Shown here one piece after another: positions 23,392 to 32,000 of a stretch of 32,000 nucleotides of DNA. Position 1 is the stretch's first letter. The number at the start of each line of letters is the position of its first letter. The notes beneath the pieces are model-generated. The model worked only from the letters and a program-made list of their open reading frames with translations, made no database searches and had not been told where the DNA came from. The DNA is taken from contig CP091279.1 of NCBI GenBank assembly GCA_021650915.1, positions 2,970,001 through 3,002,000 of the forward strand. Direction: 5' to 3'. The position numbers were made by a program, and so were the translations under genes. Source of the stretch: Candidatus Brocadia sp. GTDB lineage: Bacteria; Planctomycetota; Brocadiia; Brocadiales; Brocadiaceae.

Positions 23392-24609
23392 GTGGAAATA
23401 ATGACCACCGGATGTATTGTTGCCCCCCTAGGATTCCAGGCCGGTTCCACCTATTGTGGGATAAAAATTGCAAAAGACAGCCTCGACCTGGGAATCATCT
23501 TTTCAGCATATCCATCAACGGGCGCCGCCTTGTTCACCACAAACCAAATTTATGCCGCTCCGGTAAAGCTCAGCAGAAAAATCATCCAAAAGGGGATGGG
23601 GTGTGTCCGCGCCTTTGTTATTAACAGCGGCAATGCCAATGCCTGCACGGGAGAACAGGGCTATAAAGACGCCGCAGAAATGGTGAGCACCGCCGCAGCA
23701 TGTTTGAAAATTTCCGAGGACGAACTCCTGATAGCCTCGACGGGAATTATCGGAAGGCCTCTCCCTATGGAAAAGATTACTGCTGGTATTCAGACTGCCG
23801 TTAATTCCCTTGGAAACACTCAGGCGCATGGCGATGCCATGGCGCGCGCCATCATGACAACCGATACGAAACAAAAGTCCGTTGCCATCAGAATAAAAAT
23901 AAATGGCAAGGAAGTGTCTGTCGGTGGAATTGCAAAAGGGGCGGGAATGATTGCCCCAAACCTTGCAACCATGCTCTGTTTCCTTACGACAGACGTCTCC
24001 ATGCCTGCAGAGCTTCTCAGCGAATGCCTCAGAAATTCCGCAGAATCCTCTTTTAATCGTATTACGATCGATGGTCATATGAGCACCAACGATACCATTG
24101 CCATAATCGCCAATGGCGCCTCCGGAGTAACAATCGCTGAAAAAAATAATGATCTCCGGACTTTTCAGCAAGGATTGGATTATGTAACCAGCACGCTGGC
24201 AAAGGCCATTGTGATGGATGGGGAAGGCGCAACCAAATTTGTGCAAATCGATGTAATTGGCGCCAGATCACGGAACGAGGCAACGCGGATCGCCAGGTCA
24301 ATCGCCGATTCCCCGCTGGTAAAAACGGCGCTGAACGGAGAAGACCCCAACTGGGGACGCATCGTCTCTGCCGCCGGTTATGCAGGGGTAGAACTCGATG
24401 AATCAAAGACCACCCTTTACATCAACGATATCCTCATCTTTGCGAAGGGAATGCCCGCACAGTGTGACCTGAATACCCTGAGCGCATCCATGAAGAACAA
24501 GGACATTATGATCCGGCTGGAACTGGGGTTGGGGAACTACAGGGACACCGTCTGGACGTGCGACCTGTCCCATGAATACGTAACCATTAATGCAGAGTAT
24601 CACACATAA
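23392..24609 (+). CDS. argJ: Bifunctional glutamate N-acetyltransferase / amino-acid acetyltransferase (ornithine acetyltransferase)
   Basis: It has VAPLGFQAGSTYCGIK, NSGNANACTG, the KGAGMIAPNLATMLCFLTTD autoprocessing site (A/TML), and a C-terminal DLSHEYVTINAEY. The start is GTG 23392 or ATG 23401. Confidence 0.92.
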   Translation: MEIMTTGCIVAPLGFQAGSTYCGIKIAKDSLDLGIIFSAYPSTGAALFTTNQIYAAPVKLSRKIIQKGMGCVRAFVINSGNANACTGEQGYKDAAEMVSTAAACLKISEDELLIASTGIIGRPLPMEKITAGIQTAVNSLGNTQAHGDAMARAIMTTDTKQKSVAIRIKINGKEVSVGGIAKGAGMIAPNLATMLCFLTTDVSMPAELLSECLRNSAESSFNRITIDGHMSTNDTIAIIANGASGVTIAEKNNDLRTFQQGLDYVTSTLAKAIVMDGEGATKFVQIDVIGARSRNEATRIARSIADSPLVKTALNGEDPNWGRIVSAAGYAGVELDESKTTLYINDILIFAKGMPAQCDLNTLSASMKNKDIMIRLELGLGNYRDTVWTCDLSHEYVTINAEYHT

Positions 24610-24638
24610 CCCTTTCGTGTTTTTGTGCAAATAAGAAC

Positions 24639-24669
24639 GCATTCGTTTCCGGTGCGGATGCCTTTTTTT
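24639..24669 (+). terminator. Rho-independent terminator after argJ
   Basis: The stem pairs GCATTCG (24639-24645) with CGGATGC (24655-24661): 7 bp including one G-U. The loop is 9 nt and is followed by a run of 7 T (24663-24669). Confidence 0.6.
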
Positions 24670-24674
24670 GTGGC

Positions 24675-25748
24675 TCATGCATCAGCTTCTTCGATTTGCT
24701 TAGAATGGCAGATGGCGCCATGCACCTTTTCTAACCCTCCCACCCTTACTCCTACCAGCCTGACCTTCTTTTTTAGTTCAAACCTCCTGAGGCAATCAAA
24801 GGCAGCCGTCCTTATTTCATCCGCTGAATTCACGGGTTTTCCAAGGGTTTTGGCTCTTGTGTGGGTCTCAAAATCACTGAACCGTATCTTTACGGTAACG
24901 GTTCTGCCCTTGTAACCTGACCGCTTCATATCCGTTGCAATTTCCCTGGTCAGTTCCGCAAGGGTCCTGGCTATTTCCTGCCACTTGTTACTATCCCGCT
25001 GAAAGGTAACTTCTCTGCTGGTGGACTTCGGTTCCCAATGGGTAATGAGAGGGCTGTCATCGATTCCCCTTGATGCCTCGTAGAGATATTTTCCGTAAGA
25101 ATTTCCAAATTTCTCAATGAGTTTTTCCCGGGATAATGAAGCGAGCGCCCCGACGGTCTCAATCCCCATCTCCTTTAACGCTGCCTCAGTTTTTGGCCCT
25201 ACTCCCCAGAGTTTTCTTACCGGCAACGGCCATATCCGGTTTTCTCTATCCTCTTCCGTGATCATGGTAAGCCCGTCTGGCTTTTGCAGGTCTGAGGCAA
25301 TCTTTGCCAAAAGCTTATTGGGCGCTATTCCTATGGAACAGGTAAGGCCGGTTTCTTGCCTTATCGTCATCTTGATCTCCTTTGCGATCTCTTCCGGCGG
25401 TTTGTCTATCTGGGATACATCGAGGAATGCTTCATCAATTCCAACGTCCTGCATGAGGGGACAGAATCGTTTCAGGATATGCTTGATCTTCTCGGATATC
25501 CGCGCGTATTCCCGGTAATCAACAGGGAGGAAGATAGCATGGGGACAGAGTTTGTATGCCGTTCTTAATGGCATTGCAGAGTGTATCCCAAACTTCCTGG
25601 CTTCATATGATGCCGTTGATACGACGCCGCGTTGGGTGGGATCGCCACTTCCGCCAATGACAAGGGCCTTGCCGGTCAGGTCCGGATTTCTCTTTTGCTC
25701 AACTGCGGCAAAGAATGCATCCATGTCGAGGTGAAGGATTCTCCTCAT
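24675..25748 (-). CDS. dinB: DNA polymerase IV (Y-family translesion polymerase)
   Basis: MRRILHLDMDAFFAAVEQ, the SIGIAPNKLLAKIASD motif, and LPVRKLWGVGPKT are characteristic of DinB. Confidence 0.93.
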   Translation of the reverse strand: MRRILHLDMDAFFAAVEQKRNPDLTGKALVIGGSGDPTQRGVVSTASYEARKFGIHSAMPLRTAYKLCPHAIFLPVDYREYARISEKIKHILKRFCPLMQDVGIDEAFLDVSQIDKPPEEIAKEIKMTIRQETGLTCSIGIAPNKLLAKIASDLQKPDGLTMITEEDRENRIWPLPVRKLWGVGPKTEAALKEMGIETVGALASLSREKLIEKFGNSYGKYLYEASRGIDDSPLITHWEPKSTSREVTFQRDSNKWQEIARTLAELTREIATDMKRSGYKGRTVTVKIRFSDFETHTRAKTLGKPVNSADEIRTAAFDCLRRFELKKKVRLVGVRVGGLEKVHGAICHSKQIEEADA

Positions 25749-25867
25749 GGCAGTAGTACTTTCAGCAAAGGAACAGGCCTTTCTGTGAGCAAGGAAAGAC
25801 TTACCAAATGCGCAAAGCGAAACGTGAATGCTCCCCGCTCAGTACCCGGCATGCCACGCGTCCCGGT

Positions 25868-26737
25868 CTAGCGAAGTAACTTCGCTACGGTTTCACCGAT
25901 ATCGGCGGGACTGTCTGCTATCGTAACACCTGCATTTTTCAATGCGGAAACCTTTGACGCTGCCGTGCCTTTGCCGCCAGTAATGATTGCCCCGGCGTGT
26001 CCCATGCGCTTGCCCTGGGGCGCCGTTCTGCCGGCGACAAAACCGATAACCGGCCTGGTAATCTCTTTCTGGATTATCGCGGCAGCCTCTTCCTCTGCAC
26101 TGCCTCCGATTTCTCCAATCATTACGATCGCTTGGGTTTCCGGGTCGTTCTGGAATAACCTCATCACCTCCACAAAACCGGTCCCTACGATGGGGTCGCC
26201 TCCAATCCCAAGGCATGTGGATTGGCCTATGCCTCGCCGGGTCAGTTGCCAGACGGCCTCGTATGTGAGCGTTCCGCTGCGTGAAACAACTCCCACATGC
26301 CCGGGCCTGTGGATATACCCTGGCATGATGCCGATTTTGCACGCACCGGGCGTAATGATTCCGGGACAATTCGGCCCGATAAGGCGAGTTTGCTTATGCG
26401 AGAGATATTTTTTTACCTTGACCATATCCATGGTGGGGATGCCTTCCGTGATACAGACTACCAGCTCAATTCCGGCGTCAGCTGCCTCGATGATAGCATC
26501 TGCTGCGAAAGGGGCAGGTACGTAGATAACAGAGGCATTCGCTCCGGTCTTTGTCACTGCGTCGAGGACATTGTCGAAAACAGGAACGTTATGGTGCATG
26601 GTACCGCCTTTACCGGGAGTGACACCGGCAACCAGTCTGGTACCATACTCAAGCATGCGTTCGGCGTGAAAACTGCCTGCATGTCCCGTGATGCCCTGGC
26701 ACAGAACCCGTGTATCCTTATTGATTAATATCCCCAT
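25868..26737 (-). CDS. sucD: Succinyl-CoA synthetase subunit alpha
   Basis: [43 protein letters not shown], the SRSGTLTYE context, and the catalytic His region MGHAGAII. Confidence 0.93.
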   Translation of the reverse strand: MGILINKDTRVLCQGITGHAGSFHAERMLEYGTRLVAGVTPGKGGTMHHNVPVFDNVLDAVTKTGANASVIYVPAPFAADAIIEAADAGIELVVCITEGIPTMDMVKVKKYLSHKQTRLIGPNCPGIITPGACKIGIMPGYIHRPGHVGVVSRSGTLTYEAVWQLTRRGIGQSTCLGIGGDPIVGTGFVEVMRLFQNDPETQAIVMIGEIGGSAEEEAAAIIQKEITRPVIGFVAGRTAPQGKRMGHAGAIITGGKGTAASKVSALKNAGVTIADSPADIGETVAKLLR

Positions 26738-26762
26738 CTTTTTTCAGGAATCCTGCAAAATA

Positions 26763-27923
26763 CTACCGAACCTTTGACACCACGAGGTTCGCAGCCTCTT
26801 TCATATCGCTGGCAGAGGTAATTTTTAGGCCAGAGGCCTCCAGGATTTTTTTTGCAATTTCAACATTGGTCCCCTCCAGCCGGATAACTAAGGGGATGTG
26901 AATGCCTATTTCATGAATGGCTTGAATAATACCGGATGCAATTACGTCACACTTCATAATTCCCCCGAAGATATTGATCAGGACTGCCTTCACCTTCGGG
27001 TCGGACAAAATGATCTTGAATGCCTGCGTAACCTGCTCCGGGGACGCATCGCCACCCACATCCAAAAAATTGGCTGGTTCACCACCGTACAACTTGATGA
27101 TGTCCATGGTGGCCATGGCCAGACCTGCGCCATTTACGAGGCAACCAATGTTTCCTTCAAGGCCTATATAACTCAGCCGGTACTCCCTTGCCAAAGCCTC
27201 TGCCGGAGAGATATCCTGACAGGGGATAAATTGATTGAATTCGGGGTGACGGTAAAGGGCATTATCGTCAATATCCATCTTTGCATCCAGGGCGCATAGT
27301 TCATCATGTACTGTTACTGCCAGCGGATTGATCTCTAATAACGAGCAATCTTTCTCCATAAAGGCGTCAAACAGATTTACGATAAGGGCATGCAACTTTG
27401 TAGCAAGCGTCCCGGATATGCTTAATTGAGAGGCAATACGACGTACCTGGAATGGATGGATACCAAAGAATACGTCGATTGGTTCTTTGATAATTTTCCC
27501 GGGCGTTTTTTTTGCAACTTCTTCGATTTCCATCCCCCCTTCGGCGCTGACAATCAGCACCGGTGATTGGAGGCAACGGTCGATCGTTATGGCAAGATAC
27601 AACTCCCTTTTTATGGAAAGGGCTTCTTCTATGAGAACATATTTAATTTCGGTGCCCCGCTGACCGGTTTGATGCGTTACAAGACGTGAACCCAGCATGC
27701 CAGCCACATATATCTTTGCTTCTTCAGGGGAGTTTGCAAATTGAACTCCCCCGCTTTTTCCTCTGCCACCGGCAAGTATCTGTGCCTTTATGACACAACG
27801 GTTGCAGCCTATTTCCTGAAATATTTTTGCGACATCATCACCCTGGGATATGACTTTGCCACGAGGGATACAAACACCGTACGCTTCTAAAATATTTTTT
27901 GCCTGAAACTCAAATAACTTCAA
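26763..27923 (-). CDS. sucC: Succinyl-CoA synthetase subunit beta (ATP-grasp)
   Basis: [62 protein letters not shown] and INIFGGI closely parallel the E. coli SucC layout. Confidence 0.93.
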   Translation of the reverse strand: MKLFEFQAKNILEAYGVCIPRGKVISQGDDVAKIFQEIGCNRCVIKAQILAGGRGKSGGVQFANSPEEAKIYVAGMLGSRLVTHQTGQRGTEIKYVLIEEALSIKRELYLAITIDRCLQSPVLIVSAEGGMEIEEVAKKTPGKIIKEPIDVFFGIHPFQVRRIASQLSISGTLATKLHALIVNLFDAFMEKDCSLLEINPLAVTVHDELCALDAKMDIDDNALYRHPEFNQFIPCQDISPAEALAREYRLSYIGLEGNIGCLVNGAGLAMATMDIIKLYGGEPANFLDVGGDASPEQVTQAFKIILSDPKVKAVLINIFGGIMKCDVIASGIIQAIHEIGIHIPLVIRLEGTNVEIAKKILEASGLKITSASDMKEAANLVVSKVR

Positions 27924-27928
27924 AGCGC

Positions 27929-29338
27929 CTATTTCGTCTTATTCGTTCCGGATGTTTGCAATTTATCGGATTTGATACTATCCCGAAAATAGATCCGCAC
28001 CTGTTCTACCATTTCTTCGTCAGAAATAGAAGTAATACGGCCTTCGATGTATTGCTTTTCTACCCATTCCTTTATTTTGGTAACTCCTTCATGGGTTTTG
28101 AGAATTTGCGCATCGCCTTTGAGCTCGAAAAAGATATTAATCCACTGAGCAATTCCAGCCACGCCAGATTTGTCAGTTACCGCAACGCCAAGAGGTCTGT
28201 TTAAGAGTTTCCTCGTATCAAAGATATTATAGATTTCTTCATTCTTCAATAACCCATCCGAATGAATGCCGGCGCGGGTGACATTGAACTCAGAGCCCAC
28301 AAAGGGCTGTGTCGGCGGGATAGGATATCCGATTTCATTACGATAATAATCTGCAATTTCCGTTATCACCGTCGTGTCGATCTGTTCATCGCTGCCTCTC
28401 AGGGCAAGATATTCGATGATAAGCGCCTCAATGGGTGTATTTCCCGTACGCTCTCCTAAGCCTAACAAGGTACCATTGATGACGCTGCATCCATAAAGCC
28501 ATGCGGTCGTAGCATTGCTTACCGCAAGATAAAAATCATTGTGGCCATGCCACTCCATATATTCCGATGGGACACCGGCAAAATGGTTCAGTCCGTAAAT
28601 AATTCCGGGCACACTGCGCGGCAGGGCAGCGCCGGGGTAGCTTACCCCCATCCCCATGGTGTCACAGGCACGGATCTTTACCGGGAGTTTGCTTTCTTTC
28701 GATAATTTCATGAGTTCCTTGGCAAAGGGCACAACGAAACCATAAAAATCAGATCGGGTGATGTCCTCAAAATGGCATCGCGGTATAATCCCCTCTTCGA
28801 GTGCAGCCCGCACAATATCCAGGTACATGTCCATCGCCTGTTTTCTTGTCTTGTTTAATTTCAAATAGATATGGTAATCCGATGACGAGCACAGGATTCC
28901 CGTCTCCTTGAGTCCCATTTCCTTAACCAGCTTGAAATCGCTCTTTACCGCCCTGATCCAACCGGTAATTTCCGGATACTTATAGCCCCGTTCCATGCAT
29001 TTTCTCACCGCCTGCTGATCCTTTTCATTATACAGGAAAAATTCGCACTGGCGAATAAGGCCATTCTTACCCCCGAGTTTGTGAATCAGGTCATAGAGAT
29101 CAACAATCTGTTTAACGGTATAAGGTGGACGGGATTGCTGCCCGTCCCGAAACGTGGTATCGGTAATCCATATTTCATCCGGTGGGTTCATCGGGTTAAG
29201 CCGGTAATTAAATGATATTTTCGGTATTTTGTTATAGGGGAAAACATCCCGAAAGAGATTGGGTTCCGGTGAATCCTGTAATTGAAAAATATACTCTTCA
29301 GGTTCCAAGGTATTGCGGCGTTTATTAAATCGAAACAT
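27929..29338 (-). CDS. Homocitrate/2-isopropylmalate synthase-family (DRE-TIM) enzyme; candidate Re-citrate synthase
   Basis: It has the DRE-TIM signature IWITDTTFRDGQQ and the metal-binding region EWHGHNDFYLAVSNATTA. An N-terminal region of about 80 aa (PEPNLFRDVFPYNKIPKI) precedes the barrel. Its stop lies 5 nt upstream of the sucC start. The ORF is open to 29410, but MFRFNKRR at 29338 is the more plausible start. Confidence 0.75.
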   Translation of the reverse strand: MFRFNKRRNTLEPEEYIFQLQDSPEPNLFRDVFPYNKIPKISFNYRLNPMNPPDEIWITDTTFRDGQQSRPPYTVKQIVDLYDLIHKLGGKNGLIRQCEFFLYNEKDQQAVRKCMERGYKYPEITGWIRAVKSDFKLVKEMGLKETGILCSSSDYHIYLKLNKTRKQAMDMYLDIVRAALEEGIIPRCHFEDITRSDFYGFVVPFAKELMKLSKESKLPVKIRACDTMGMGVSYPGAALPRSVPGIIYGLNHFAGVPSEYMEWHGHNDFYLAVSNATTAWLYGCSVINGTLLGLGERTGNTPIEALIIEYLALRGSDEQIDTTVITEIADYYRNEIGYPIPPTQPFVGSEFNVTRAGIHSDGLLKNEEIYNIFDTRKLLNRPLGVAVTDKSGVAGIAQWINIFFELKGDAQILKTHEGVTKIKEWVEKQYIEGRITSISDEEMVEQVRIYFRDSIKSDKLQTSGTNKTK

Positions 29339-29623
29339 CTTCAATCCCCCCGATTGATATTTATATGTATCAATACATGACAGAAAAATCCAATTTAGGA
29401 TTAATCCCAAATTTTAATGGAATATTTCAACAAGTCAAGCGAAATGATCGGAAAGTCAGATTTTGCCCGTTTGGCATTTTACCTGTTTGGCTATTGAATT
29501 TTCATCCCATACGTGGTAGGGTAATGCTTTAGGACACAGGAATAAACCCTGTTTGTTCATGCTTCCTTATGAAGGAGAATTGGTTTATTTGGTTGTGGTG
29601 TTGCCGCACCAGGAGTATTTGCC

Positions 29624-30634
29624 ATGATCCGGGAAAACGAGTTTTCCAGAAACGTAGCCGTCGCCTGTGGCCTGGAAACGGCGGAGGCCTTTCGTCTGCA
29701 GAGCCGCATTCATCGGCTGCGCTGGTTTGACCGGTCTGATATATGGGTCAAACGGGACGATGAACTGGGCCTTGGCGTATCGGGAACCAAGCTGCGTAAG
29801 CATGCGTCCATAATCCCTTTTCTGAAACAACAGGGGATTGAGGAAGTGGTGGTGATCGGCGGGGCGCATTCAAATAATGTCCTTTCCGCAGCGCAGACCC
29901 TCACGGAAAACAATATCAGGATAACCCCTTTTTTACTCGGGCCACCCTCTCAAAGACGTGGTAATGCACGGTTGCTTTCTCTGTTTGTTGATGACCGCGG
30001 AATTCATTGGATTTCTCGCGCCCAATGGGCTGATTGCGAAGTCCTGGCCAACGACTACGCAGAGAAAAGAAGGGCTGAGGGAGTGAAGATTTTCGTGCTT
30101 CCCGAGGGGGCGCATCACCCGTTGGCAGTGCCGGGGTCCCTGAGTCTTCTCGTTGATATTCTTCGCAATGAGCGGGAAGCTGGTGTTCGGTTTGACCACA
30201 TTTTTATCGACTCCGGCACCGGTATGGTTGCACAATCTTTGCTGGCAGGGGCTACCGCCCTTGAAAAGAAATCACGGTTTCATGTCGTGGTCCTGGCGGG
30301 TTCGTTTGATGATTTTCGGGCAGGATTATCCAGGGTTATGCAGTATGCCGAGTCGTTTCTTGGGGTGTCGCTCCGTTCTTTGCCTGATTATCGTATCTAC
30401 TATCCTGCCAGCGCCCGATCATTTGGTAGCGCCAATAAGACGATCTTCAAGGAGATACAACGTATTGCAAGAGAGGATGGTATTCTTACCGACCCCGTAT
30501 ACTCCGCCAAACTGTTTCTTACGGCACGTCACGTAATTCTCAACAGCCAATTGAAAGGGAATATCCTCCTCATTCACTCCGGTGGCGGATTGGCCCTAAC
30601 GGGTTTTATGGATCATCCTCTGTTCACGGTATAG
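29624..30634 (+). CDS. PLP-dependent enzyme of the 1-aminocyclopropane-1-carboxylate deaminase / D-cysteine desulfhydrase family
   Basis: IWVKRDDELGLGVSGTKLRKHASIIPFLKQQGIEEVVVIGGAHSNNVLSAAQ carries the family's KRDD...G.K.RK lysine region and GGA.SN. An AGGAG sits 9 nt upstream of the ATG. Confidence 0.75.
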   Translation: MIRENEFSRNVAVACGLETAEAFRLQSRIHRLRWFDRSDIWVKRDDELGLGVSGTKLRKHASIIPFLKQQGIEEVVVIGGAHSNNVLSAAQTLTENNIRITPFLLGPPSQRRGNARLLSLFVDDRGIHWISRAQWADCEVLANDYAEKRRAEGVKIFVLPEGAHHPLAVPGSLSLLVDILRNEREAGVRFDHIFIDSGTGMVAQSLLAGATALEKKSRFHVVVLAGSFDDFRAGLSRVMQYAESFLGVSLRSLPDYRIYYPASARSFGSANKTIFKEIQRIAREDGILTDPVYSAKLFLTARHVILNSQLKGNILLIHSGGGLALTGFMDHPLFTV

Positions 30635-30853
30635 AGAGGGCGCCTGAGGCCAGACCTTCACAGGCCGTCTGAGATGCAATCGGCAAATGAAATAGCAAAG
30701 AAAGGAACTTGTGTGCAACTTAACTGCGATTGACAAACAAGTCAAGGAAAGGTTGCAATGTTTTCGTCAAAAGTATAATTTTGTATTTCAATAGTAGCGC
30801 AAACACGTGGAGCAGATAGCACCAAAAGTAGGTCTCCATTATTAATGGTATGG

Positions 30854-31019
30854 GAATTTCGTAACACTTTAGTTTTTTGAAAAAGTAGGGGCGAAGCATT
30901 TGCCGGCTTGGGGTGTGAATACATTTATGCCAATTTATGGCAAATGCTTCGCCCCTACACCGTGCGGTAACATCGTTATTATGGTAATTTTTCAAAAAAC
31001 TAAAGTGTTGCGGAATTTC
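30854..31019. repeat. Composite palindromic repeat (two-tier inverted repeat)
   Basis: The inner arms are perfect 20-mers: GTAGGGGCGAAGCATTTGCC (30885-30904) and GGCAAATGCTTCGCCCCTAC (30939-30958), with a 34-nt loop. The outer arms are about 31 bp: GAATTTCGTAACACTTTAGTTTTTTGAAAAA (30854-30884) and TTTTTCAAAAAACTAAAGTGTTGCGGAATTTC (30988-31019). A 29-nt insertion is present on the right side only. Confidence 0.85.
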
Positions 31020-31119
31020 AAAGTGACGCTTTTCTCTCAAAGAATAAAGGGTGCTCCATTGAAAACATTCTTTTTCTCATGTCCCGCTGAAAATAAAAAC
31101 ATTACGAGGGACTTTCCCC

Positions 31120-31149
31120 TTGACATTTCATAAAGATTAACCGTATAAT
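31120..31149 (+). promoter_or_regulatory. Consensus sigma70-type promoter candidate facing mreB
   Basis: TTGACA (31120-31125), an 18-nt spacer, then TATAAT (31144-31149). Both hexamers match the E. coli consensus perfectly, about 200 nt upstream of the mreB ATG. Confidence 0.5.
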
Positions 31150-31206
31150 TTTGCCGTTATTGTATTACCAAGTAACATCTTCCTTACTTTTAGCAAGTTT
31201 TTTTCA

Positions 31207-31262
31207 CCCCCCCTTAGCCCGCCTTTGATAGGGGGGGAAGGATTTGGTTGTGGCTTTGCTGC
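31207..31262 (-). repeat. C7/G7 hairpin plus an inverted partial copy of the 5' module of the modular repeat family
   Basis: CCCCCCC (31207-31213) and GGGGGGG (31231-31237) flank a 17-nt loop. The following ATTTGGTTGTGGCTTTGCTGC (31242-31262) is the reverse complement of GCAGCAAAGCCACAACCAAAT. Compare GCAGCACAGCCGCAACCAAAT at 11191-11211. Confidence 0.6.
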
Positions 31263-31355
31263 CATTATGGTCTTCAGTTACTAACTATAAAACTTCAGCA
31301 CGTGTGAAAAACTGACCCTTAACAAAAAAATGCCCTCAAAAGAGAAAAGATCCGA

Positions 31356-32000
31356 ATGCACCCATTAGATTTTATATTAGGTTTCGTTTCCACAGACATG
31401 GGAATCGATCTTGGCACGGCAAACACCCTTGTTTGTATACCGGGACAAGGGATCGTGCTGTCGGAACCCTCGGTTGTTGCCGTGAAGCCAGGTACAAACA
31501 AAGTGCTTTTAAACGGGAATGCCGTGGGAAACGTTGCGAAGGCCATGCTGGAAAAGGCACCGAGCAGCATCTCCGTTATCCGCCCGCTCAAAAACGGCGT
31601 TATTGCGGACTTTGACATCACCGAGGCGATGCTCAAATATTTTATCACCCGGGTGCATAAACGGAAATGGGGTGTCCGACCCAGGGTACTGATTGCAATC
31701 CCGTCCGGTATTACCGCCGTGGAGAAACGGGCAGTCGTCAACTCCGCTGAGCGCGCCGGCGCAAGGGAGGTCTACCTGGTTTCCGAACCAAAGGCAGCGG
31801 CAATCGGCGTCGGCCTTCCGGTAGGTGAGCCAATAGCCAGTATGATTGTGGACATCGGGGGTGGAACCACCGAGGTGGCGGTTCTATCACTCGGTGATAT
31901 TTTTACTCATGAGAGTCTCAGGATTGCGGGAGATGAATTTGACGAATCGATCCTCCAATACATACGAAAAACCTACAACCTCGACATCGGGCACCGCACG
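31356..32000 (+). CDS. mreB: Rod shape-determining protein MreB (actin-like ATPase), 3'-truncated by the window edge
   Basis: The frame is open from 31323 to the window end, with the first ATG at 31356. The translation is MHPLDFILGFVSTDMGIDLGTANTLV...VIRPLKNGVIADFDITEAMLKYFI...VLIAIPSGITAVEKRAVVNSAERAGAREVYLVSEPKAAAIGVGLPV...MIVDIGGGTTEVAVLSLG, which carries the classic MreB phosphate-1, connect-1 and phosphate-2 motifs. It is absent from the ORF track because there is no stop inside the window. Confidence 0.9.
   Translation, partial: MHPLDFILGFVSTDMGIDLGTANTLVCIPGQGIVLSEPSVVAVKPGTNKVLLNGNAVGNVAKAMLEKAPSSISVIRPLKNGVIADFDITEAMLKYFITRVHKRKWGVRPRVLIAIPSGITAVEKRAVVNSAERAGAREVYLVSEPKAAAIGVGLPVGEPIASMIVDIGGGTTEVAVLSLGDIFTHESLRIAGDEFDESILQYIRKTYNLDIGHRT

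Noticed and set aside
22537-24609. pdaD-argJ adjacency as a special arginine/polyamine module
   Set aside because: Both are ordinary arginine-related housekeeping genes, separated by 309 bp with their own signals. The adjacency is plausible but unremarkable.
30720-31133. ORFs of 106 aa (minus) and 77 aa (plus) across the palindromic repeat upstream of mreB
   Set aside because: Both read through the inverted-repeat arms, so the two strands give mirrored peptides. This is the signature of repeat-derived pseudo-ORFs.

Overview
This is a 32-kb bacterial chromosomal window. I found no rRNA, tRNA or CRISPR array by eye. The left part (1-5.4 kb) holds a 5'-truncated polytopic membrane protein. It also holds a minus-strand cluster: HEAT-repeat protein, phosphomannomutase/phosphoglucomutase, Isf-like iron-sulfur flavoprotein and UDP-glucuronate decarboxylase-type SDR. 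The centre (about 5.8-19.3 kb) looks accessory. It contains a 2,009-bp IS1634-like element with perfect 18-bp terminal inverted repeats, a TTAG target duplication and a frameshifted transposase. Next come a secreted DUF1264 protein and two proteins of unknown function. These are followed by a type I restriction-modification operon arranged hsdM - GxxExxY - hsdS - GxxExxY - hsdR. The right part is housekeeping: a fused TIGR03960/DUF2344-type radical SAM protein, pdaD, argJ, dinB, sucD, sucC, a homocitrate/isopropylmalate-synthase-family enzyme (Re-citrate synthase candidate), an ACC-deaminase/D-cysteine-desulfhydrase-family PLP enzyme, and the 5' part of mreB. There are three main hunting results. 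(1) Each GxxExxY (PD-(D/E)xK) gene is bracketed by about 29-bp inverted termini built from TCTGCG hexamers and sits exactly on a start-codon junction of the RM operon. A gene-less mini copy creates a perfect 28-bp palindrome in front of hsdS. (2) The whole RM operon is bracketed by about 220-bp direct repeats, near-identical by eye. They belong to a modular hairpin repeat family with further fragments elsewhere in the window. (3) A three-gene module of unknown function lies between the IS and the RM operon. All family assignments come from motif recognition and memory, not from searches.
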